Origin: an uncultured delta proteobacterium
Lineage (GTDB): Bacteria > Desulfobacterota > Binatia > UBA9968
Reading direction: 5' to 3'
NCBI GenBank assembly: GCA_963760795.1
Contig: CAVXEP010000034.1
Span: 32,001 to 96,000 of the forward strand
DNA length: 64,000 nt
The translations under genes and the position numbers were made by a program. The notes under the pieces are model-generated. The model saw only the letters and a program-made list of their open reading frames with translations. It searched no databases and was not told the origin of the DNA. Below are positions 1-9,800 of this stretch, one piece after another. How positions within the stretch are numbered: position 1 is the stretch's first letter; the number at the start of each line of letters is the position of its first letter.

Positions 1-46
1 CAGCCGTAATGCGAATTTACCGGCCCGAATAACCAGGAGGAGTAAC

Positions 47-1021
47 GTGAAAACTAATATTTTAGATCGGATCGTGATGGCGATTGTGGTCGCCACTCTA
101 TCATCGGCAGGGGTCAGTATCGCCGCGGATGGCGATCGAGGACCGCGGGAAGAACAAAGGCGTGACCAGCGGGTGGCGCAACAAGATGAAAGACCGCGAC
201 AGCAACAAAAAGCGCCAAGCGCTCAGCAAGAACAGAAGCAAGACCAGCAGCAGCGCGAGCGCGCGCAGCAAAAATCGGATCAGGACCAGAAAGAACAGCG
301 AATGCGGCAACAGCAGCAGCAAGAACGGGTTGAGCGTCAATCGGAGCTGATGGAAAAACAACGGCGGGCGCAGCAAGCGCAGAGGCAAGAGCGAATTCAG
401 GAACAGAGACAACAGCAGCGTTTGTCGCAGCAGCGGCAACAAGAGCTGATTCGGCAACAGCAACAACGTGTCGAACAGTATCGTCGACATCTCGAACAGC
501 AGGAGCGCCTCGCACGAGAGCGTGCAGCGCTGCTGGAGCGGCAAAAGCGTATGGCGCAGTATCGATTCCAGCAGGAGTATTTAGAGCGTGTCCGGCAGCA
601 GCAAATCTATCTCCGCGACCATCGCTTCGATTACGATCATGACCCGTACTTCTACACGGCGCCGATCTATCGCTATAACCGTGGCGGCAGCTACCGCGAA
701 ATAAATGAATACGGTGCGAAGACGCTTCGGCAGGCGGTGAACTACGGCTATGAGGAAGGCTTTCGCGCCGGAAGGGCGGACCGGGACGACCGTTGGGGTG
801 CCAACTACGAAGACTCTTATGCCTATAGGGACGCAAACTACGGCTACAGTGGCTATTACGTAGACCGGGACGACTACAATTACTACTTTCGCGAGGGCTT
901 CCGGCGCGGTTATGAAGATGGCTACAATAGTCGCTATCGCTATGGTCGCTTCGCTGATGGAAACTCGTCGATCTTGGAAACCATCTTGACCCAAATCCTC
1001 AACTTCCAGTCGATTGGCTGA
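47..1021 (+). CDS. Secreted hypothetical protein with Gln/Arg/Glu-rich coiled coil and Tyr/Gly/Asp-rich C-terminal domain
   Basis: GTG start after AGGAGGAG RBS; N-terminal signal peptide; Q-rich middle; GYEEGFRAG / GFRRGYEDGY repeats. Confidence 0.8.
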   Translation: MKTNILDRIVMAIVVATLSSAGVSIAADGDRGPREEQRRDQRVAQQDERPRQQQKAPSAQQEQKQDQQQRERAQQKSDQDQKEQRMRQQQQQERVERQSELMEKQRRAQQAQRQERIQEQRQQQRLSQQRQQELIRQQQQRVEQYRRHLEQQERLARERAALLERQKRMAQYRFQQEYLERVRQQQIYLRDHRFDYDHDPYFYTAPIYRYNRGGSYREINEYGAKTLRQAVNYGYEEGFRAGRADRDDRWGANYEDSYAYRDANYGYSGYYVDRDDYNYYFREGFRRGYEDGYNSRYRYGRFADGNSSILETILTQILNFQSIG

Positions 1022-1040
1022 CAGGCGAAAGTCTCTCGCT

Positions 1041-1093
1041 AAACCAGCGCCCGGCCACTTACGAGAAAAGTGAGTGGATCCGGGCGCTGCTTT
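1041..1093. terminator. Hairpin between convergent genes (probable bidirectional terminator)
   Basis: cagcgcccgg..ccacttac / gtgagtgg..ccgggcgctg inverted repeat, with A-run on the left and T-run on the right. Confidence 0.55.
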
Positions 1094-1104
1094 ATTGGGG
1101 TTGC

Positions 1105-1545
1105 CTATTGCCAGCCGATTGGATCGTAGTTTTTCTCGCGCAAACAGCGATTGACGAAAGTCTTGTAAGCCGGACTCGGGCTTTGCTTGCGCGTCAGGCC
1201 GTGAATTACGCCGCGCGTGACACCGGCAGCTCCGCCGCCGGCAGCGCCCACCGCGGCGCCCGTCCCGGCGCGACCCACTACCGCGCCACCGGCTGCTCCG
1301 GCGGCGGCGCCTATGGCCGCTCCCGTGCCGCCACCCACCGCCGCCTGATCCAATGCTGTTCTGCCGGCAGCCGAGGAAACATATTCCTCGGCTCGTTGCA
1401 TGCATTCATTGATGTCCTGATCGGCCGCGCTGTTACCGACCCGCTGCAAGTGCTGATTGGGATAAAGTATCGGGCGCTGCGCTGCGCAGGCGATCAGAAT
1501 TAAGGAAAAAATCGCGGCGGCAAGAAAAGTTTTTATTGGTATCAT
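1105..1545 (-). CDS. Glycine-zipper lipoprotein
   Basis: Lipobox LIAC; GAAIGAAAGAAGGAVVG glycine zipper; C-terminal FVNRCLREKNY; ATG at 1545 preferred. Confidence 0.8.
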   Translation of the reverse strand: MIPIKTFLAAAIFSLILIACAAQRPILYPNQHLQRVGNSAADQDINECMQRAEEYVSSAAGRTALDQAAVGGGTGAAIGAAAGAAGGAVVGRAGTGAAVGAAGGGAAGVTRGVIHGLTRKQSPSPAYKTFVNRCLREKNYDPIGWQ

Positions 1546-1895
1546 GACGCAGTTTAGCTTTTGCAACCATAATCATGTCGCTCTCTTCTGCGCAATAAGA
1601 ACGTTTCGCCGGCATCTGCCGCCATGCGGCAAGGCCCCGTGGGCCGACTTTAGGCGATGGCAAATTGGCACTTCTTTATTGGTTTGAAAAACGCAATTGT
1701 GACTGGCGCTGAGGAACTTGAGGATGCTTCCAACGGATAAATTTACCGGCTGTACCAGCAGAATCGCTCATGCGCGAGCTCAACCGGTTGACCGCCTCCT
1801 TGTCATTTCGTATGTTACGCAGAGTAATAGGCTATTATTGGCAAAAGGCGAATTGACAAAATCCTTAACTCTCCAACTCAACAGGAGGTTTTCTT

Positions 1896-3593
1896 ATGGC
1901 TTATGATCTCGTGATACGCGGTGGACGGGTGGTTGACGGTTCCGGCTTGCCGTCCTACGTGGCCGATGTCGGTGTCAAGGACGGTAAGGTCGTCGAAGTG
2001 GGCAAGCTTAAAGACGGCGCCGCGAAAACCATCGACGCCGCCGGGTTGGCAGTGTCGCCCGGTTTCATCGATCATCATACCCATCTCGACGCGCAGATGC
2101 TCTGGGATCCCTATGGCACCTGTGAGCCGCAGCATGGCGTGACCTCGGTGGTGATGGGCAACTGCGGCTTGTCCCTGGCACCGGTCAGGCCGGGCATCGA
2201 AGACGCCATCGTCAAAAGTTTCGTGCGCGTCGAAGCGATCCCGCGCATTGCTCTTGAGCAGGGCGTGAAATGGAACTGGCATAGCTACGGCGAGTATCTC
2301 GACAACTTCGAAGGCAAGGTCGGTATCAATGTCGGCGGTCTGGTCGGCCACATCGCCGTGCGCCATCACGCCATGGGCGAAGAAGCCGTAGAACGCAAGG
2401 CTACCGGCACGGAAGTGCAAAAGATGAAAGGCCTCGTGCTTGATGCCATGGAAGGCGGCGCCCTGGGCATGTCGACCAACCGCAACGACCGCCATATGCG
2501 CGAGGACGGCAAGCCGGTGTCGAGCCGCTTGGCCGACGACGACGAATTTTTCGCGCTTTGCGATGTCTTGGGCGAGCGCAATGCCGGGGTGATCGAAACC
2601 ATTTTGGGCCGCAACAAGGTCGAACATTTCGAGTGGTACCATGAATTGGCCAAACGGACTCAAAGACCGATCCTGTGGCAGAGCCTGCAACATCGCTGGT
2701 CCGAACCCAATCTCTGGCGCGAGCAGTTGGCCGCCGTCGAGCCGATCTTCAAAGCCGGCTATCAAGCCTACGGCTTGACCCATACGGTGCCGCTGGTGCG
2801 CCACTTCACGTTGAAAGATTGCCAGATTTTCGACGAGTTCCCGACTTGGAAAAATTTGATGTTTCTGCCGGTGGAAGTGCGCAAACAGGCGTTCGCCGAC
2901 GCCGACACCCGGACCAAGCTGCAGTATGAGATCGATAACATGCGCTTGACCAATTATCACAAGCGTTGGGATATCCCCAAAGTCGAGAAATGCTTCAAAC
3001 CGGAAAATCAAAAATATGTCGGCAAGACCATCGCCGAGATGGCGGCCATGCGCAATCAAAAGCCAATTGACGCTTTCCTCGATCTCGCTCTCGATGAAAA
3101 TCTCGAGACGATTTTCTGGAACGCCAACAACGGCGGCGACTGGAACGCCATGGGCGAAATCTTGCGCAGCCCCTATGTGCTGATCGGCACTTCGGACGCC
3201 GGCGCCCATGTGCTGTTCGGCGCGGACTTCGGTTACGGCACGATTCTTTTGGGCCTGTGGGTGCGTGAGCGCCAAGTGATGTCGTTGGAACAGGCGATTC
3301 ACAAACTGACCTTCCATCCGGCGTCGATCTTTGGCTTGCAGGGGCGCGGTTTATTGCGGCCGGGCTATGCCGCCGATTTCGCGATCTTCGATCCCGCAAC
3401 AGTTAACGCCGAGGAGCCTACGTGGGCCAATGATTTCCCGGCCAACACCAAACGCATGGTGCAGCAATCGGTCGGCATGCACTACACCATCGTCAACGGC
3501 ACTGTGATCAACGATCACGGGCGCATGACCGGCGATCTGCCCGGCCAAGTGATGCGCGGGCCGCTGTACCGTCAACATAAGGCGGCTGCGTAA
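1896..3593 (+). CDS. Amidohydrolase, N-acyl-D-amino-acid deacylase family
   Basis: PGFIDHHTHLD metal motif, GVTSVVMGNCG, SDAGAH; AGGAGG RBS. Confidence 0.9.
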   Translation: MAYDLVIRGGRVVDGSGLPSYVADVGVKDGKVVEVGKLKDGAAKTIDAAGLAVSPGFIDHHTHLDAQMLWDPYGTCEPQHGVTSVVMGNCGLSLAPVRPGIEDAIVKSFVRVEAIPRIALEQGVKWNWHSYGEYLDNFEGKVGINVGGLVGHIAVRHHAMGEEAVERKATGTEVQKMKGLVLDAMEGGALGMSTNRNDRHMREDGKPVSSRLADDDEFFALCDVLGERNAGVIETILGRNKVEHFEWYHELAKRTQRPILWQSLQHRWSEPNLWREQLAAVEPIFKAGYQAYGLTHTVPLVRHFTLKDCQIFDEFPTWKNLMFLPVEVRKQAFADADTRTKLQYEIDNMRLTNYHKRWDIPKVEKCFKPENQKYVGKTIAEMAAMRNQKPIDAFLDLALDENLETIFWNANNGGDWNAMGEILRSPYVLIGTSDAGAHVLFGADFGYGTILLGLWVRERQVMSLEQAIHKLTFHPASIFGLQGRGLLRPGYAADFAIFDPATVNAEEPTWANDFPANTKRMVQQSVGMHYTIVNGTVINDHGRMTGDLPGQVMRGPLYRQHKAAA

Positions 3594-3594
3594 T

Positions 3595-3924
3595 ATGGGA
3601 GTGAGTTATATTCCAGTTGCCCGCATCGGTGAGCTCACTCCCGGTGCCATGAAAGAGGTCGACCTCGGCGGACGCCAAGTGCTCTTGGCGTTCGCCGAGG
3701 GCAAGTATTATGCGTTCGCGCGCCAGTGTCCCCATGAAGAAGCGGATTTGAAAGAGGCCGGGCAGCTGTTCAATGTCAATGGCACGCAGATTCGCTGCAA
3801 CAATCATAGCTACTGTTTCGATCTCAAAACCGGCGACTGCACGCTGCCCAAAGGCGGCGCGCCGCTGACCGTGCTGCCTACCGAAGAACGCGGCGAAGAA
3901 GTTTGCATTCGCCTCGAGTGGTGA
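3595..3924 (+). CDS. Rieske [2Fe-2S] ferredoxin
   Basis: CPH...CNNH ligands, FDLKTG. Confidence 0.85.
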   Translation: MGVSYIPVARIGELTPGAMKEVDLGGRQVLLAFAEGKYYAFARQCPHEEADLKEAGQLFNVNGTQIRCNNHSYCFDLKTGDCTLPKGGAPLTVLPTEERGEEVCIRLEW

Positions 3925-3992
3925 AGCTTCCGTGGATTGCCGGCGCGACCCTCACTTGTCGCTCATTGCCGGCTGCAACTGCAAGGAAACCG

Positions 3993-4892
3993 ATGCGATA
4001 TAATCGCCTGCTATCGATCGCGCACCCGCTAGCGCTCGCGCTGGTTTGTGCCGCGTTGAGCGGGCAATTCGACAAGCTTTCGGCGCAGGAGAAAAGTTTT
4101 CTCTGGAAGGCGCAGGGGAGTGAAAACACGGTTTACATTCTCGGTTCGATTCATTTGCTCAAACGCGAGAGCGCGGCGTTGAAACCGCTCGTTCAGGAGG
4201 TTTTCGGCAAAAGCAAACGTTTGGTGTTCGAAATCGATCTGCTCAAGGAGGGTCCGGATAAAGTTCAACAACTGTTGATGCAGAAAGGCGTCAATCTCGA
4301 CGGTAAGATGTTGCCGCAGCAGTTGTCGCCGGAGACTTACGAATTGGCCAGGCAGAAGGCCGGCGAGCTGGGCATCGATATCAAGCTTTTAGCGCCGCTC
4401 AAACCTTGGGTGGTCGCGCTGACGATGGTGGTGATGCAGCTACAGAAGCTCGGTTATGATCCGAGCCTGGGGATCGATCACCAACTGGCGCAGCGCGCCA
4501 AGCAAGAGAACAAGCCGGTGTCCGGTTTGGAAACCGCCGAGTTCCAAATGGATATTTTCAACGAATTGACGGCGCCGCAGCAGGATATGTTCCTGCGCCA
4601 GTCGTTGCAGGAAATGGACCAATTGGAGAAAGCTGTCGACGATATGGTCGGCGCGTGGAACAGCGGGGATGTCGCTCGCGGCGAGCGGCTATTTTTGGAT
4701 AGCATACGCGCTTACCCTGAGCTGAAAGACAAAGTTCTCGACGCGCGCAACCGCCGCTGGATACCGCAGATCGAACAGCTCTTGAAACAAAACCAGGATG
4801 TTCTCGTGGTGGTCGGTACGGCGCATTTGGTCGGCAAATCCGGCGTTATCGAGTTACTCAAAGATCGCGGCTACAGATTGGAGCAGATGTAA
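3993..4892 (+). CDS. TraB/GumN family protein
   Basis: YILGSIH, GLETAEFQ, RNRRW, VVVGTAHL motifs; signal peptide after ATG 3993. Confidence 0.85.
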   Translation: MRYNRLLSIAHPLALALVCAALSGQFDKLSAQEKSFLWKAQGSENTVYILGSIHLLKRESAALKPLVQEVFGKSKRLVFEIDLLKEGPDKVQQLLMQKGVNLDGKMLPQQLSPETYELARQKAGELGIDIKLLAPLKPWVVALTMVVMQLQKLGYDPSLGIDHQLAQRAKQENKPVSGLETAEFQMDIFNELTAPQQDMFLRQSLQEMDQLEKAVDDMVGAWNSGDVARGERLFLDSIRAYPELKDKVLDARNRRWIPQIEQLLKQNQDVLVVVGTAHLVGKSGVIELLKDRGYRLEQM

Positions 4893-5387
4893 ATGGCGGG
4901 ACAAAATCTTGAGTTCAAATCGATCCGGGTGGCGGACTGGATGACCGAGAACGTGTTGGCCGTGGAGACTTACGACAGCATCGCCATCGCCCGGCAGGTC
5001 ATGGCCAAACATCGGGTCAATCAGCTGCCGGTGCTCGACAACGATAATTTAGTCGGTATCGTCACCGACCGGGATCTGCGCGATGCCTATCCGACCAGCA
5101 TGATGATCGATCAGACCAAAGCGATCGACAGCTTTGCCGAAAAGGTTACCGTCGAAGAAGTTATGACGCACGATATCTTGATCGTCCGTCCGGAAATGCC
5201 GCTGGCGACGGCGGTGGCGTTGTTGCGGAAACACCGCATTGGCTCTTTGCCAGTGGTGAGAAACAAGAGTCTCGTCGGCATCATCACGCGTAGTGATATT
5301 CTCGATTTCGTGCTGGATGGTGGGCCGAAGCGTAAGCGACTGATCGCGAAAGCGCCGATTCGAAAGGCCAAGAAAAAGCGTAAATAG
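4893..5387 (+). CDS. CBS-domain protein (AcuB-like)
   Basis: Two CBS repeats (LPV...LVGIVTDRD; LPVV...LVGIITRSD). Confidence 0.85.
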   Translation: MAGQNLEFKSIRVADWMTENVLAVETYDSIAIARQVMAKHRVNQLPVLDNDNLVGIVTDRDLRDAYPTSMMIDQTKAIDSFAEKVTVEEVMTHDILIVRPEMPLATAVALLRKHRIGSLPVVRNKSLVGIITRSDILDFVLDGGPKRKRLIAKAPIRKAKKKRK

Positions 5388-5430
5388 TTGCGCCATTCGC
5401 GCTGCTGAAGTTATCCAAGGGGAGAGGGAT

Positions 5431-5925
5431 ATGCCGTCATTCGACATCGTCAGCCGCATCGATATGCAGGAGGTCGACAATGCGGTCAACATTACCAGTA
5501 AAACGATTTTGACCCGCTACGATTTCCGTGGCTCGAAGACTGAAATCTCGCTTGACAAGAAGGAAAAGAAACTCCTCGTCACCACCGAAGACGACATGAA
5601 AATGCGGGCGATCCAGGACACGTTGATCGAGAACCTGGTCAAGCGCAAAGTCGACCGCCGCTGTCTGGACCCCAAAACTACCGAGCCAGCGGCCTATGGC
5701 ATGATCAAACGTGAAATCGCGATCAAGGATGGCGTCGACTCGGACAACGCCCGAGCCATCGTGAAACTGATCAAGGACAAGAAACTCAAAGTGCAAGCCG
5801 CCATGCAGGATAACCAGGTGCGCGTGACGGGTAAGAAGATCGATGATTTGCAGGAAGTGATGCAGATGCTGCGCGGTTCGGATATTCCCATCCCACTGCA
5901 GTTCGTCAATATGCAGAGCCGCTGA
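5431..5925 (+). CDS. yajQ: YajQ family nucleotide/c-di-GMP-binding protein
   Basis: MPSFDIVS, RYDFRGS, VRVTGKKIDDLQ. Confidence 0.95.
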   Translation: MPSFDIVSRIDMQEVDNAVNITSKTILTRYDFRGSKTEISLDKKEKKLLVTTEDDMKMRAIQDTLIENLVKRKVDRRCLDPKTTEPAAYGMIKREIAIKDGVDSDNARAIVKLIKDKKLKVQAAMQDNQVRVTGKKIDDLQEVMQMLRGSDIPIPLQFVNMQSR

Positions 5926-5952
5926 GAAATATTAATTGAACAGGAGCCGGAC

Positions 5953-6348
5953 ATGGAGAAAATCAAAAAGAACGATGATGAGTGGAAAAAGCAGTTGAGC
6001 GACGAGCAATTCGAGGTCGCGCGCAAGAAGGGCACCGAGCGCGCCTTCACCGGCGCCTATTGGGACAATCACGAGAAAGGCACATACCGGTGCATTTGCT
6101 GCGGCAACGAGCTATTCAGCTCGGACACCAAGTTCGATTCCGGCACCGGTTGGCCGAGCTTCTATGCTCCAGTGGCGGCGGACAATGTCGAAACCGAGAC
6201 TGACAACAGCTACGGCATGCGCCGGGTCGAAGCGCTGTGCAGCAAGTGCGACGCCCACTTGGGCCATGTCTTCGACGACGGGCCCAAGCCGACCCAGCTG
6301 CGTTATTGCATTAATTCGGCATCGCTCAAGTTCGAAAAAGATAAATAG
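5953..6348 (+). CDS. msrB: Peptide-methionine (R)-S-oxide reductase
   Basis: [35 protein letters not shown]. Confidence 0.97.
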   Translation: MEKIKKNDDEWKKQLSDEQFEVARKKGTERAFTGAYWDNHEKGTYRCICCGNELFSSDTKFDSGTGWPSFYAPVAADNVETETDNSYGMRRVEALCSKCDAHLGHVFDDGPKPTQLRYCINSASLKFEKDK

Positions 6349-6349
6349 C

Positions 6350-6805
6350 GTGAGCGCGATCGCCTTTCAGGACCAAGGGTCGGTGCATCACTGCCATGGC
6401 TGCGGGTCGGCAAATGAAAAGGGGCTGCAGCTTAAGAGTTTCTGGAACGGCGACGAGGCGGTTGCCACCTGGCGCGCCCAGCCGCATCATTGCGGCGGCA
6501 CGCGGGAGAATTTAAACGGCGGCATCATCGCGTCACTGATCGATTGCCACAGTTTAAACCTTGCCATTGCCCACGCCTACCGCGCCGAGGCGCGCGCCAT
6601 TGGTAGCGCGCCGCGTATCGGCTATGTGACGGCGAATCTGAATGTTTCATACCGCAAGCCGACGCCGCTGCAAGAATCCATCGAGCTGCACGCGCGGATT
6701 CGCCAGCTTGAAGGACGCAAGGCCTGGGTCGATTGCACGTTGAGCGCCGCGGGTGTCATTTGCGCCACCGGAGAAGTGCTCGGCGTGCGGGTGGAGTGGA
6801 ATTGA
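6350..6805 (+). CDS. PaaI family thioesterase (hotdog fold)
   Basis: CHGCG...GL, NGGIIASLIDCH, TANLNVSYRKPTP; GTG start just after the msrB stop. Confidence 0.85.
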   Translation: MSAIAFQDQGSVHHCHGCGSANEKGLQLKSFWNGDEAVATWRAQPHHCGGTRENLNGGIIASLIDCHSLNLAIAHAYRAEARAIGSAPRIGYVTANLNVSYRKPTPLQESIELHARIRQLEGRKAWVDCTLSAAGVICATGEVLGVRVEWN

Positions 6806-6811
6806 ATGGGA

Positions 6812-6907
6812 AGGGTTCAAGCCGTTCAATAAGTTCAAGTCGTTCAAGACGTCTCGGAGGCTATCTGTCGATTTGAAAGGCTTTAACGATTTGAACGTTT
6901 TGAACCT
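6812..6907. repeat. Inverted pair of 9-nt-periodic GTTCAA / TTGAAC tandem arrays
   Basis: Four GTTCAA units, a spacer, then four TTGAAC-like units. Confidence 0.7.
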
Positions 6908-6918
6908 CTAGGAAGACT

Positions 6919-7863
6919 ATGGAATACACCACACTCGGTAAAACCGGATTGAAAGTCAGCGTCGCCGGGCTCGGCTGCGGCGGGCCGAGCCGGCTTGGCA
7001 TGCGCGGCGATGCCGGTGCGGAAGCTCATGCGGTTCGCCTGATCAAGCAGGCGCTCGATCTCGGTGTCAATTTTCTCGATACGGCGCAGAATTACGGCAC
7101 CGAGGGGGTGGTCGGCACAGCGATCGCCGGCACGCCGCGCGACCGCGTGGTGATATCGACGAAAAAAACTTTGCCAACGCCTGACGAGGCAAATCCGGAA
7201 GCGGCGATCATCGAAGGCGTGGAGAAGAGTTTAAAACTTCTTGGCACCGACTACATCGACATCTATCATCTGCACGGCGTCGAGCCGAAGGACTATGAAT
7301 TTGCGCAAAACCGCCTGATCGCGCCGATGCGGCGGCTGAAAGAGCAGGGCAAGATTCGCTTCATCGGGGTCACTGAAGGGTTTGTCGTCGACACCACGCA
7401 TACGATGTTGGCGGACAGCCTTAACAAAAACCTCTGGGACGTGGTGATGGTCGGCTTCAGCTTGCTCAATCCGTCGGCGCGCAAGAACGTCTTCCCGCTG
7501 ACCCTGAAGAGCGGCGTCGGCGTGCTCGATATGTTCGCGGTGCGGCGCGCTCTTAGCCAGCCCCAGCGGCTAAAAGAAATGTGTGCCGAGCTGGTCGAGA
7601 AACGCGCCATCGCGAAGGACGCGCTGGATCTCGACGCTCCGCTTGGTTTCCTGCTCAAAGAAACCGACGCCGCGACTTTGCCGGAAGCGGCGTACCGTTT
7701 TTGCCGCCACGAGCGCGGTGTCGACGTCGTTCTCACCGGCACCGGCAACTCCGATCACCTGAAAGAGAACATCGCCGCAATCTTGAAACCGCCGCTACCG
7801 CAAGCGTCGCTCGAGAAACTTGAGAAATTGTTCGGTGGCTTGGATTCTCTAACCGGCAATTAG
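6919..7863 (+). CDS. Aldo/keto reductase
   Basis: LGKTGLKVS, DTAQNYG, LGTDYIDIYHLH. Confidence 0.92.
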   Translation: MEYTTLGKTGLKVSVAGLGCGGPSRLGMRGDAGAEAHAVRLIKQALDLGVNFLDTAQNYGTEGVVGTAIAGTPRDRVVISTKKTLPTPDEANPEAAIIEGVEKSLKLLGTDYIDIYHLHGVEPKDYEFAQNRLIAPMRRLKEQGKIRFIGVTEGFVVDTTHTMLADSLNKNLWDVVMVGFSLLNPSARKNVFPLTLKSGVGVLDMFAVRRALSQPQRLKEMCAELVEKRAIAKDALDLDAPLGFLLKETDAATLPEAAYRFCRHERGVDVVLTGTGNSDHLKENIAAILKPPLPQASLEKLEKLFGGLDSLTGN

Positions 7864-7891
7864 TTATCGCATTCCGCGTTGAGTCATCGGC

Positions 7892-7926
7892 CCTTGCCCT
7901 CTCCCGCTGCTGCGGGAGCGGGCAAC
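7892..7926. repeat. REP-like hairpin (CCCTCTCCC...GGGAG family), possible terminator
   Basis: ttgccctctcccgc tgct gcgggagcgggcaa; a related copy lies at ~26917-26958. Confidence 0.5.
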
Positions 7927-7963
7927 CTGAAGAAAGGTTACGAATTAGAATAGACGCACGACG

Positions 7964-9073
7964 TTAGTTCGTCTGGAATAACTTCGAATACTGTTCCCAG
8001 GGTGCCGGGGCGAGGCGCGCTGTCTGCAAATTTTCCTCGACATGTTTCTGCTGTTTCATGCCGACTAGCGCCGTGGTGACGCCTGGCGTCGAGCGGACAA
8101 ATTGCAACGCGCGCTGAGCGTCAGTGTCGAGACCGGTAAAAGTCTCAGCTATGATCGGCGGCAGATCGTGGCTGAGCTGGCCTTGGAGGACCGAAGCGCT
8201 GCACATCACCGTGATGCCTAGATCCTGGGCGACTTCGAGCACGTTATGGCGATGGCCATGGGCCGGCTGATTGGCATTGGATAACGCTTCGCTCATGCCG
8301 AGATTGAGCGGCAGTTGAATGACTTTGAAATGATGATTCTTGCCGCCGGCTTTTTCGGCTAACTCGATGACACGAGTCAGGGACAGATAATCTCTAGCGT
8401 CGGCATCGTTGCGAAAGCAGTTCCAGGTCGCCATGCCGTACATGTGGATTTTGCCGCTATCGACGGCGCTTTCCAAAGCTTCGAATGCTTCGACAACCCG
8501 ATGCTCGAACACCTCGGTGCTCACTTTGCCGAGTTGGGTTTCCGGATTGTGCAGGTAGTAGATATCGATGGTTTCGACGTCGAGATTGCGCAAACTGGAG
8601 TCCAGTTGGTTGAGCAAATATTTCGGCGTCATGCAGTGGCAACCGCTGACGATGTCGGCGGAACTAGCAAGGCCGGTACTGATGAATGTCTTCTCGATGT
8701 ATTCGCGCGGATCCTTGGGTGGCGTGCCGTCGTAGGGGATGAAGCCGGCTTTGCTGGCGACGACGATTTCGTCGCGATTGTAACCGCGGCTGGACAACTC
8801 TTTTAGCGCCGTGCCAATGGACCGTTCGCTGCGCTGGAGGCGGTAATTGATGGCGCTGTCGACGACGTTGCAACCGGCGCCGACCGCCGTGACCACCGCC
8901 TGGTGATATTCTTGGTCGGTGGCGTCGTCATAGTTGCCGAGATAGGTTCCCAGGCCGATGGACGAAAGCCAGAGTTTTTGTGACTGGCGAAAATGCGCCT
9001 CGGGTAACTTGCCGGCGAAACGCTTGCGGTAGCGGTCGGTGCCGTCGAGAGTCGCAGATCCGGGGAGTTTCAT
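7964..9073 (-). CDS. Aldo/keto reductase
   Basis: IGLGTYLG, DSAINYR, IDIYYLHNPE. Confidence 0.9.
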   Translation of the reverse strand: MKLPGSATLDGTDRYRKRFAGKLPEAHFRQSQKLWLSSIGLGTYLGNYDDATDQEYHQAVVTAVGAGCNVVDSAINYRLQRSERSIGTALKELSSRGYNRDEIVVASKAGFIPYDGTPPKDPREYIEKTFISTGLASSADIVSGCHCMTPKYLLNQLDSSLRNLDVETIDIYYLHNPETQLGKVSTEVFEHRVVEAFEALESAVDSGKIHMYGMATWNCFRNDADARDYLSLTRVIELAEKAGGKNHHFKVIQLPLNLGMSEALSNANQPAHGHRHNVLEVAQDLGITVMCSASVLQGQLSHDLPPIIAETFTGLDTDAQRALQFVRSTPGVTTALVGMKQQKHVEENLQTARLAPAPWEQYSKLFQTN

Positions 9074-9552
9074 TTTGTGTTTTTCCCTTTCGTGCCGCCG
9101 CCGCGAAATAGTAAGCCGTCGAGACCGAGGGTGCGGCCGGGACCGGCCAGGACGAAAATCGCCAACGCGATGATGAAGGTCTGTTGTTGGGCCAACATCG
9201 CGCCGCCGCGTGCTGTGCCAGGGCCGAGATAATAGTTGGAGAGCATGAACAGCCCGACCAACGCGCTCAAGCGGGTGAACAATCCCAATAGCAGGCAGAC
9301 TCCCACGGCGATCTCACCGACCATGACTAGATAGCCGAATAGTTCGCTATGCGGTACCACGTAGTTTTGCAAGAAAGTTTTGTACCAAGGGTAAAGATCG
9401 AGACTGGCGATGTCGCCGATCTGCCGGCCGATCCAATCGCCCTTGGGAAAGTTGCGGTGAAATTTTCCGATCCCCTGAAAGAACAGATAGTAACCGACGT
9501 AGATGCGTAGGACGGAGAGATACCAGAGGTAAGTTCGTTCTTTGAGATTCAT
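9070..9552 (-). CDS. DoxX family membrane protein
   Basis: LRIYVG...GEIAVGVCLLLGLFTR...GLDG. Confidence 0.85.
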   Translation of the reverse strand: MNLKERTYLWYLSVLRIYVGYYLFFQGIGKFHRNFPKGDWIGRQIGDIASLDLYPWYKTFLQNYVVPHSELFGYLVMVGEIAVGVCLLLGLFTRLSALVGLFMLSNYYLGPGTARGGAMLAQQQTFIIALAIFVLAGPGRTLGLDGLLFRGGGTKGKNTK

Positions 9553-9800
9553 CGCGTCCCTTCAAACTCAATCTTGAGCCTTGTAGGCAGGGAAACTTCG
9601 CCGTCACGCGCAGTCCGCGCAGCTCACGATTGAGTGGGGCTAAGATAGCGTCGATGGCAAAGTGGATCAAGGCGGGAGATTGCCGCGCTGACATCCAAAT
9701 TTGGTGGAATCTGGTAAAGTTGATTTGACGGGAAAGCTTCGCGGCTATTGTGAATTGTCGCCGCTCATCCACGATGTTTCGCATGCGGGGAGGTCCGTCG

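Noticed and set aside
1878-3317. Long antisense ORFs (479 aa here; also 27151-28248, 37252-38301, 25971-26885)
   Set aside because: They are shadows of well-supported genes on the other strand, as expected in GC-rich DNA, and have no motifs of their own.
3993-4892. TraB name taken as evidence of conjugation
   Set aside because: TraB/GumN proteins are Tiki-like metalloproteases; no transfer genes are present.
9560-9750. Possible SDR gene relic upstream of doxX (LNRELRGLRVTA)
   Set aside because: The similarity is too short and weak to support without a search.
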